DNA from: the human T2T-CHM13v2.0 reference genome, Homo sapiens
Direction: 5' to 3' (one strand)
Assembly: GCF_009914755.1 (NCBI RefSeq)
Contig: NC_060941.1
Length of the DNA stretch: 64,000 nucleotides
A program made the position numbers and the translations under genes. Every line of letters begins with the position of its first letter. Position 1 is the stretch's first letter. Shown here piece after piece: positions 39,801 through 51,221 of this stretch. Below the pieces are notes generated by a model that saw only the letters and a list, made by a program, of their open reading frames with translations, made no database searches and was not told the DNA's origin.

Positions 39801-42800
39801 CTGTGTCCTTCGTTCGAAACGGGTATATCTTCACATGACATCTAGACAGAAGCATTCTCAGAAGCTTCTCTGTGATGACTGCATTCAACTCACGGAGTTG
39901 AACACTCCTTTTGAGAGCGCAGTTTTGAAACTCTCTTTCTGTGGCATCTGCAAGGGGACATGTAGACCTCTTTGAAGATTTCGTTGGAAACGGAATCATC
40001 TTCACATAAAAACTATACAGATGCATTCTCAGGAACTTTTTGGTGATGTTTGTATTCAACTCCCAGAGTTGAACTTTCCTTTGGAAAGAGCAGCTATGAA
40101 ACACTCTTTTTCTAGAATCTGCAAGTGGACGTTTGGAGGGCTTTGTGGTTTGTGGTGGAAAAGGAAATATCTTCACCTAAATACTAGATAGAAGCATTCT
40201 CAGAAACTGCTTTGTGATGATTGCATTCACCTCACAGAGTTGAACATTCCTATTGATAGAGCAGTTTGGAAACACTCTTGTTGTGGAATGTGCAAGTGGA
40301 GATTTGGAGCGCTTTGAGGCCTATGGTAGTAAAGGGAATAGCTTCATAGAAAAACTAGACAGAAGCATTCTCAGAAAATACTTTGTGATGATTGAGTTTA
40401 ACTCACGGAGCTGAACATTCCTTTGGATGGAGCAGGTTTGAGACACACTTTTTGTAGAATCTACAAGTGGATATTGGGACCTCTCTGAGGATTTCGTTGG
40501 AAACGCGATAACTGCACCTAACTAAACGGAAGCATTCTCAGAAACTTCTTGGTGATGTTTGCATTCAAATCCCAGAGTTGAACCTTCCTGTGATAGTTCA
40601 GGTTTGAAACACTCTTTTTGTAGGATCTGCAAGTGGATATTTGGACCACTCTGTGGCCTTCGTTCGAAACGGGTACATCTTCACATAAAATCTAGACAGA
40701 AGCCTTCTCAGAAACTTCTCTGTGATGATTGCATTCAACTCACAGATTTGAACCCTCCTATGGATAGAGCATTGTTGAAACTCTCTTTTTGTGGAATCTG
40801 CAAGTGGATATGTGGACCTCTCCGAAGATGTCTTTGGAAACGGGAATATCTTCACATAAAAACTAAACAGAAGCATTCTCAGAAACTTCTCTGTGATGTT
40901 TGTGTTCAACTCCCAGAGTTTCACATTGCTTTTCATAGAGTAGTTCTGAAACATGCTTTTCGTAGTGTCTGCAAGTGGACATTTGGAGCGCTTTCAGGCC
41001 TGTGGTGGAAAACGAATTATGGTCCCATAAAAACTGGAGAGAAGCATTGTCAGAAACTTCTTTGTGATGATTGCATTCAACTCACAGAGATGAAGGTTCC
41101 TTTACAAACAGCAGTTTCCAAACACTCTTTCTGTGGAATCTGCAAGTGGATATTTGGACCTCTTTGAAGATTTCGTTGGAAACGGGAGAATCTTCACAGA
41201 AAAGCTAAACAGAAGCATTCTCAGAAACTTCTTTGTGATGCTTGCATTCAACTCACAGAGTTGAACTTTCCTTTCGAGAGAGAAGCTTTGAAACACTCTT
41301 TTTCCAGAATCTGCAAGTGGACATTTGGAGGGCTTTGAGGCCTGTGGTGGAAAAGGAATTAACTTCCCGTAAAAGCTAGATAGAAGCATTCTCAGAAACT
41401 ACTTTGTGATGATTGCATTCAAGTCACAGAGTTGAACATTCCCTTTGACAGAGCAGTTTGGAAACTCTCTTTCTGTAGAATCTGCAAGTGGAGATATGGA
41501 CCGCTTTGAGGCCTATGGTAGTAAAGGAAATAGCTTCATATAAAAGCTAGACAGTAGCATTCACAGAAAACTCTTGGTGACGACTGAGTTTAACTCACAG
41601 AGCTGAACATTCCTTTGGATGGAGCAGTTTCGAAACACACTATATGTAGAATGTGCAAGTGGATATTTGGGCCTCTCTGAGGATTTCGTTGGAAACGGGA
41701 TAAACCGCACAGAACTAAACAGAAGCATTCTCAGAACCTTCTTCGTGATGTTTGCATTCAACTCACAGTGTTGAACCTTTCTTTGATAGTTCAGGTTTGA
41801 AACGGTCTTTCTGTAGAAACTGCAAGTAGATATTTGGACCTCTCTGAGGATTTCGTTGGAAACGGGATAAACCGCACAGAACTAAAACAGAACCATTCTC
41901 AGAACCCTCTTCGTGATGTTTGCATTCAACTCACAGTGCTGAACCTTTCTTTGATAGTTCAGCTTTGAAACACTCTTCTTGTAGAAACTGCAAGTGGATA
42001 TTTGGTCCTCTCTGAGGATTTCGTTGGAAACGGGATAAACCGCACAGAACTAAACAGAAGCATTCTCAGAACCTTCTTCGTGATGTCTGCATTCAACTCA
42101 CAGTGTGGAACCTTTCTTTGATAGTTCAGGTTTGAAACACTCTTTTTGTAGAAACTGCAAGGGGATAATGGCACTTCTTTGAGGCCTACCGTAGTAAAGG
42201 AAATAACTTCCTATAGAAAGAAGACAGAAGCTTTCTCAGAAAATTCTTTGGGATGATTGAGTGGAACTCACAGAGCTGAACATTCCTTGCGATGTAGCAG
42301 TTTAGAAACACACTTTCTGCAGAATCTGCAAGTGCATATTTGGACCTCTCTGAGGAATTCGTTGGAAACGGGATAATTTCAGCTGACTAAACAGAAGCAG
42401 TCTCAGAATCTTCTTTGTGATGTTTGCATTCAAATCCCAGAGTTGAACTTCCCTTTCAAAGTTCACGTTTGAAACACTCTTTTTGCAGGATCTACAAGTG
42501 GATATTTGGACCACTCTGTGTCCTTCGTTCGAAACGGGTATATCTTCACATGACATCTAGACAGAAGCATTCTCAGAAGCTTCTCTGTGATGACTGCATT
42601 CAACTCACGGAGTTGAACACTCCTTTTGAGAGCGCAGTTTTGAAACTCTCTTTCTGTGGCATCTGCAAGGGGACATGTAGACCTCTTTGAAGATTTCGTT
42701 GGAAACGGAATCATCTTCACATAAAAACTATACAGATGCATTCTCAGGAACTTTTTGGTGATGTTTGTATTCAACTCCCAGAGTTGAACTTTCCTTTGGA

Positions 42801-45800
42801 AAGAGCAGCTATGAAACACTCTTTTTCTAGAATCTGCAAGTGGACGTTTGGAGGGCTTTGTGGTTTGTGGTGGAAAAGGAAATATCTTCACCTAAATACT
42901 AGATAGAAGCATTCTCAGAAACTGCTTTGTGATGATTGCATTCACCTCACAGAGTTGAACATTCCTATTGATAGAGCAGTTTGGAAACACTCTTGTTGTG
43001 GAATGTGCAAGTGGAGATTTGGAGCGCTTTGAGGCCTATGGTAGTAAAGGGAATAGCTTCATAGAAAAACTAGACAGAAGCATTCTCAGAAAATACTTTG
43101 TGATGATTGAGTTTAACTCACAGAGCTGAACATTCCTTTGGATGGAGCAGGTTTGAGACACACTTTTTGTAGAATCTACAAGTGGATATTTGGACCTCTC
43201 TGAGGATTTCGTTGGAAACGCGATAACTGCACCTAACTAAACGGAAGCATTCTCAGAAACTTCTTGGTGATGTTTGCATTCAAATCCCAGAGTTGAACCT
43301 TCCTGTGATAGTTCAGGTTTGAAACACTCTTTTTGTAGGATCTGCAAGTGGATATTTGGACCACTCTGTGGCCTTCGTTCGAAACGGGTACATCTTCACA
43401 TAAAATCTAGACAGAAGCCTTCTCAGAAACTTCTCTGTGATGATTGCATTCAACTCACAGATTTGAACCCTCCTATGGATAGAGCATTGTTGAAACTCTC
43501 TTTTTGTGGAATCTGCAAGTGGATATGTGGACCTCTCCGAAGATGTCTTTGGAAACGGGAATATCTTCACATAAAAACTAAACAGAAGCATTCTCAGAAA
43601 CTTCTCTGTGATGTTTGTGTTCAACTCCCAGAGTTTCACATTGCTTTTCATAGAGTAGTTCTGAAACATGCTTTTCGTAGTGTCTGCAAGTGGACATTTG
43701 GAGCGCTTTCAGGCCTGTGGTGGAAAACGAATTATGGTCCCATAAAAACTGGAGAGAAGCATTGTCAGAAACTTCTTTGTGATGATTGCATTCAACTCAC
43801 AGAGATGAAGGTTCCTTTACAAACAGCAGTTTCCAAACACTCTTTCTGTGGAATCTGCAAGTGGATATTTGGACCTCTTTGAAGATTTCGTTGGAAACGG
43901 GAGAATCTTCACAGAAAAGCTAAACAGAAGCATTCTCAGAAACTTCTTTGTGATGCTTGCATTCAACTCACAGAGTTGAACTTTCCTTTCGAGAGAGAAG
44001 CTTTGAAACACTCTTTTTCCAGAATCTGCAAGTGGACATTTGGAGGGCTTTGAGGCCTGTGGTGGAAAAGGAATTAACTTCCCGTAAAAGCTAGATAGAA
44101 GCATTCTCAGAAACTACTTTGTGACGATTGCATTCAAGTCACAGAGTTGAACATTCCCTTTGACAGAGCAGTTTGGAAACTCTCTTTGTGTAGAATCTGC
44201 AAGTGGAGATATGGACCGCTTTGAGGCCTATGGTAGTAAAGGTAATAGCTTCATATGAAAGCTAGACAGTAGCATTCACAGAAAACTCTTGGTGACGACT
44301 GAGTTTAACTCACAGAGCTGAACATTCCTTTGGATGGAGCAGTTTTGAAACACACTATTTGTAGAATGTGCAAGTGGATATTTGGGCCTCTCTGAGGATT
44401 TCGTTGGAAACGGGATAAACCGCACAGAACTAAACAGAAGCATTCTCAGAACCTTCTTCGTGATGTTTGCATTCAACTCACAGTGTTGAACCTTTCTTTG
44501 ATAGTTCAGGTTTGAAACGGTCTTTCTGTAGAAACTGCAAGTAGATCTTTGGACCTCTCTGAGGATTTCGTTGGAAACGGGATAAACCGCACAGAACTAA
44601 AACAGAAGCATTCTCAGAACCCTCTTCGTGATGTTTGCATTCAACTCACAGTGCTGAACCTTTCTTTGATAGTTCAGCTTTGAAACACTCTTCTTGTAGA
44701 AACTGCAAGTGGATATTTGGTCCTCTCTGAGGATTTCGTTGGAAACGGGATAAACCGCACAGAACTAAACAGAAGCATTCTCAGAACCTTCTTCGTGATG
44801 TCTGCATTCAACTCACAGTGTGGAACCTTTCTTTGATAGTTCAGGTTTGAAACACTCTTTTTGTAGAAACTGCAAGGGGATAATTGCACTTCTTTGAGGC
44901 CTACCGTAGTAAAGGAAATAACTTCCTATAGAAAGAAGACAGAAGCTTTCTCAGAAAATCCTTTGGGATGATTGAGTGGAACTTACAGAGCTGAACATTC
45001 CTTGCGATGTAGCAGTTTAGAAACACACTTTCTGCAGAATCTGCAAGTGCATATGTGGACCTCTCTGAGGAATTCGTTGGAAACGGGATAATTTCAGCTG
45101 ACTAAACAGAAGCAGTCTCAGAATCTTCTTTGTGATGTTTGCATTCAAATCCCAGAGTTGAACTTCCCTTTCAAAGTTCACGTTTGAAACACTCTTTTTG
45201 CAGGATCTACAAGTGGATATTTGGACCACTCCGTGTCCTTCGTTCGAAACGGGTATATCTTCACATGACATCTAGACAGAAGCATTCTCAGAAGCTTCTC
45301 TGTGATGACTGCATTCAACTCACGGAGTTGAACACTCCTTTTGAGAGCGCAGTTTTGAAACTCTCTTTCTGTGGCATCTGCAAGGGGACATGTAGACCTC
45401 TTTGAAGATTTCGTTGGAAACGGAATCATCTTCACATAAAAACTATACAGATGCATTCTCAGGAACTTTTTGGTGATGTTTGTATTCAACTCCCAGAGTT
45501 GAACTTTCCTTTGGAAAGAGCAGCTATGAAACACTCTTTTTCTAGAATCTGCAAGTGGACGTTTGGAGGGCTTTGTGGTTTGTGGTGGAAAAGGAAATAT
45601 CTTCACCTAAATACTAGATAGAAGCATTCTCAGAAACTGCTTTGTGATGATTGCATTCACCTCACAGAGTTGAACATTCCTATTGATAGAGCAGTTTGGA
45701 AACACTCTTGTTGTGGAATGTGCAAGTGGAGATTTGGAGCGCTTTGAGGCCTATGGTAGTAAAGGGAATAGCTTCATAGAAAAACTAGACAGAAGCATTC

Positions 45801-48677
45801 TCAGAAAATACTTTGTGATGATTGAGTTTAACTCACAGAGCTGAACATTCCTTTGGATGGAGCAGGTTTGAGACACACTTTTTGTAGAATCTACAAGTGG
45901 ATATTTGGACCTCTCTGAGGATTTCGTTGGAAACGCGATAACTGCACCTAACTAAACGGAAGCATTCTCAGAAACTTCTTGGTGATGTTTGCATTCAAAT
46001 CCCAGAGTTGAACCTTCCTGTGATAGTTCAGGTATGAAACACTCTTTTTGTAGGATCTGCAAGTGGATATTTGGACCACTCTGTGGCCTTCGTCCGAAAC
46101 GGGTACATCTTCACATAAAATCTAGACAGAAGCCTTCTCAGAAACTTCTCTGTGATGATTGCATTCAACTCACAGATTTGAACCCTCCTATGGATAGAGC
46201 ATTGTTGAAACTCTCTTTTTGTGGAATCTGCAAGTGGATATGTGGACCTCTCCAAAGATGTCTTTGGAAACGGGAATATCTTCACATAAAAACTAAACAG
46301 AAGCATTCTCAGAAACTTCTCTGTGATGTTTGTGTTCAACTCCCAGAGTTTCACATTGCTTTTCATAGAGTAGTTCTGAAACATGCTTTTCGTAGTGTCT
46401 GCAAGTGGACATTTGGAGCGCTTTCAGGCCTGTGGTGGAAAACGAATTATGGTCCCATAAAAACTGGAGAGAAGCATTGTCAGAAACTTCTTTGTGATGA
46501 TTGCATTCAACTCACAGAGATGAAGGTTCCTTTACAAACAGCAGTTTCCAAACACTCTTTCTGTGGAATCTGCAAGTGGATATTTGGACCTCTTTGAAGA
46601 TTTCGTTGTAAACGGGAGAATCTTCACAGAAAAGCTAAACAGAAGCATTCTCAGAAACTTCTTTGTGATGCTTGCATTCAACTCACAGAGTTGAACTTTC
46701 CTTTCGAGAGAGAAGCTTTGAAACACTCTTTTTCCAGAATCTGCAAGTGGACATTTGGAGGGCTTTGAGGCCTGTGGTGGAAAAGGAATTAACTTCCCGT
46801 AAAAGCTAGATAGAAGCATTCTCAGAAACTACTTTGTGATGATTGCATTCAAGTCACAGAGTTGAACATTCCCTTTGACAGAGCAGTTTGGAAACTCTCT
46901 TTGTGTAGAATCTGCAAGTGGAGATATGGACCGCTTTGAGGCCTATGGTAGTAAAGGAAATAGCTTCATATAAAAGCTAGACAGTAGCATTCACAGAAAA
47001 CTCTTGGTGACGACTGAGTTTAACTCACAGAGCTGAACATTCCTTTGGATGGAGCAGTTTCGAAACACACTATTTGTAGAATGTGCAAGTGGATATTTGG
47101 GCCTCTCTGAGGATTTCGTTGGAAACGGGATAAACCGCACAGAACTAAACAGAAGCATTCTCAGAACCTTCTTCGTGATGTTTGCATTCAACTCACAGTG
47201 TTGAACCTTTCTTTGATAGTTCAGGTTTGAAACGGTCTTTCTGTAGAAACTGCAAGTAGATATTTGGACCTCTCTGAGGATTTCGTTGGAAACGGGATAA
47301 ACCGCACAGAACTAAAACAGAAGCATTCTCAGAACCCTCTTCGTGATGTTTGCATTCAACTCACAGTGCTGAACCTTTCTTTGATAGTTCAGCTTTGAAA
47401 CACTCTTCTTGTAGAAACTGCAAGTGGATATTTGGTCCTCTCTGAGGATTTCGTTGGAAACGGGATAAACCGCACAGAACTAAACAGAAGCATTCTCAGA
47501 ACCTTCTTCGTGATGTCTGCATTCAACTCACAGTGTGGAACCTTTCTTTGATAGTTCAGGTTTGAAACACTCTTTTTGTAGAAACTGCAAGGGGATAATT
47601 GCACTTCTTTGAGGCCTACCGTAGTAAAGGAAATAACTTCCTATAGAAAGAAGACAGAAGCTTTCTCAGAAAATTCTTTGGGATGATTGAGTGGAACTCA
47701 CAGAGCTGAACATTCCTTGCGATGTAGCAGTTTAGAAACACACTTTCTGCAGAATCTGCAAGTGCATATTTGGACCTCTCTGAGGAATTCGTTGGAAACG
47801 GGATAATTTCAGCTGACTAAACAGAAGCAGTCTCTGAATCTTCTTTGTGATGTTTGCATTCAAATCCCAGAGTTGAACTTTCCTTTCAAAGTTCACGTTT
47901 GAAACACTCTTTTTGCAGGATCTACAAGTGGATATTTGGACCACTCTGTGCCCTTCGTTCGAAACGGGTATATCTTCACATGACATCTAGACAGAAGCAT
48001 TCTCAGAAGCTTCTCTGTGATGACTGCATTCAACTCACGGAGTTGAACACTCCTTTTGAGAGCGCAGTTTTGAAACTCTCTTTCTGTGGCATCTGCAAGG
48101 GGACATGTAGACCTCTTTGAAGATTTCGTTGGAAACGGAATCATCTTCACATAAAAACTATACAGATGCATTCTCAGGAACTTTTTGGTGATGTTTGTAT
48201 TCAACTCCCAGAGTTGAACTTTCCTTTGGAAAGAGCAGCTATGAAACACTCTTTTTCTAGAATCTGCAAGTGGACGTTTGGAGGGCTTTGTGGTTTGTGG
48301 TGGAAAAGGAAATATCTTCACCTAAATACTAGATAGAAGCATTCTCAGAAACTGCTTTGTGATGATTGCATTCACCTCACAGAGTTGAACATTCCTATTG
48401 ATAGAGCAGTTTGGAAACACTCTTGTTGTGGAATGTGCAAGTGGAGATTTGGAGCGCTTTGAGGCCTATGGTAGTAAAGGGAATAGCTTCATAGAAAAAC
48501 TAGACAGAAGCATTCTCAGAAAATACTTTGTGATGATTGAGTTTAACTCACGGAGCTGAACATTCCTTTGGATGGAGCAGGTTTGAGACACACTTTTTGT
48601 AGAATCTACAAGTGGATATTGGGACCTCTCTGAGGATTTCGTTGGAAACGCGATAACTGCACCTAACTAAACGGAAG
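18813..48677 (+). repeat. Eleven canonical 16-mer HORs (H8-H18)
   Basis: Exact 2715-bp spacing from landmark 18839 through 48704. Confidence 0.95.
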
Positions 48678-51221
48678 CATTCTCAGAAACTTCTTGGTGA
48701 TGTTTGCATTCAAATCCCAGAGTTGAACCTTCCTGTGATAGTTCAGGTTTGAAACACTCTTTTTGTAGGATCTGCAAGTGGATATTTGGACCACTCTGTG
48801 GCCTTCGTTCGAAACGGGTACATCTTCACATAAAATCTAGACAGAAGCCTTCTCAGAAACTTCTCTGTGATGATTGCATTCAACTCACAGATTTGAACCC
48901 TCCTATGGATAGAGCATTGTTGAAACTCTCTTTTTGTGGAATCTGCAAGTGGATATGTGGACCTCTCCGAAGATGTTTTTGGAAACGGGAATATCTTCAC
49001 ATAAAAACTAAACAGAAGCATTCTCAGAAACTTCTCTGTGATGTTTGTGTTCAACTCCCAGAGTTTCACATTGCTTTTCATAGAGTAGTTCTGAAACATG
49101 CTTTTCGTAGTGTCTGCAAGTGGACATTTGGAGCGCTTTCAGGCCTGTGGTGGAAAACGAATTATGGTCCCATAAAAACTGGAGAGAAGCATTGTCAGAA
49201 ACTTCTTTGTGATGATTGCATTCAACTCACAGAGATGAAGGTTCCTTTACATACAGCAGTTTCCAAACACCCTTTCTGTGGAATCTGCAAGTGGATATTT
49301 GGACCTCTTTGAAGATTTCGTTGGAAACGGGAGAATCTTCACAGAAAAGCTAAACAGAAGCATTCTCAGAAACTACTTTGTGATGATTGCATTCAAGTCA
49401 CAGAGTTGAACATTCCCTTTGACAGAGCAGTTTGGAAACTCTCTTTGTGTAGAATCTGCAAGTGGAGATATGGACCGCTTTGAGGCCTATGGTAGTAAAG
49501 GAAATAGCTTCATATAAAAGCTAGACAGTAGCATTCACAGAAAACTCTTGGTGACGACTGAGTTTAACTCACAGAGCTGAACTTTCCTTTGGATGGAGCA
49601 GTTTCGAAACACACTATTTGTAGAATGTGCAAGTGGATATTTGGGCCTCTCTGAGGATTTCGTTGGAAACGGGATAAACCGCACAGAACTAAACAGAAGC
49701 ATTCTCAGAACCTTCTTCGTGATGTTTGCATTCAACTCACAGTGTTGAACCTTTCTTTGATAGTTCAGGTTTGAAACGGTCTTTCTGTAGAAACTGCAAG
49801 TAGATATTTGGACCTCTCTGAGGATTTCGTTGGAAACGGGATAAACCGCACAGAACTAAAACAGAAGCATTCTCAGAACCCTCTTCGTGATGTTTGCATT
49901 CAACTCACAGTGCTGAACCTTTCTTTGATAGTTCAGCTTTGAAACACTCTTCTTGTAGAAACTGCAAGTGGATATTTGGTCCTCTCTGAGGATTTCGTTG
50001 GAAACGGGATAAACCGCACAGAACTAAACAGAAGCATTCTCAGAACCTTCTTCGTGATGTCTGCATTCAACTCACAGTGTGGAACCTTTCTTTGATAGTT
50101 CAGGTTTGAAACACTCTTTTTGTAGAAACTGCAAGGGGATAATTGCACTTCTTTGAGGCCTACCGTAGTAAAGGAAATAACTTCCTATAGAAAGAAGACA
50201 GAAGCTTTCTCAGAAAATTCTTTGGGATGATTGAGTGGAACTCACAGAGCTGAACATTCCTTGCGATGTAGCAGTTTAGAAACACACTTTCTGCAGAATC
50301 TGCAAGTGCATATTTGGACCTCTCTGAGGAATTCGTTGGAAACGGGATAATTTCAGCTGACTAAACAGAAGCAGTCTCTGAATCTTCTTTGTGATGTTTG
50401 CATTCAAATCCCAGAGTTGAACTTTCCTTTCAAAGTTCACGTTTGAAACACTCTTTTTGCAGGATCTACAAGTGGATATTTGGACCACTCTGTGCCCTTC
50501 GTTCGAAACGGGTATATCTTCACATGACATCTAGACAGAAGCATTCTCAGAAGCTTCTCTGTGATGACTGCATTCAACTCACGGAGTTGAACACTCCTTT
50601 TGAGAGCGCAGTTTTGAAACTCTCTTTCTGTGGCATCTGCAAGGGGACATGTAGACCTCTTTGAAGATTTCGTTGGAAACGGAATCATCTTCACATAAAA
50701 ACTATACAGATGCATTCTCAGGAACTTTTTGGTGATGTTTGTATTCAACTCCCAGAGTTGAACTTTCCTTTGGAAAGAGCAGCTATGAAACACTCTTTTT
50801 CTAGAATCTGCAAGTGGACGTTTGGAGGGCTTTGTGGTTTGTGGTGGAAAAGGAAATATCTTCACCTAAATACTAGATAGAAGCATTCTCAGAAACTGCT
50901 TTGTGATGATTGCATTCACCTCACAGAGTTGAACATTCCTATTGATAGAGCAGTTTGGAAACACTCTTGTTGTGGAATGTGCAAGTGGAGATTTGGAGCG
51001 CTTTGAGGCCTATGGTAGTAAAGGGAATAGCTTCATAGAAAAACTAGACAGAAGCATTCTCAGAAAATACTTTGTGATGATTGAGTTTAACTCACGGAGC
51101 TGAACATTCCTTTGGATGGAGCAGGTTTGAGACACACTTTTTGTAGAATCTACAAGTGGATATTGGGACCTCTCTGAGGATTTCGTTGGAAACGCGATAA
51201 CTGCACCTAACTAAACGGAAG
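48678..51221 (+). repeat. 15-mer variant HOR (H19), 2544 bp, lacking one monomer (171 bp)
   Basis: Landmark spacing 48704 to 51248 is 2544; EcoRI 47785 to 50329; the 95-aa minus-strand ORF is missing only in this unit. Junction AAGCTAAACAGAAGCATTCTCAGAAACTACTTTG skips the monomer equivalent to 829-999. Confidence 0.95.
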
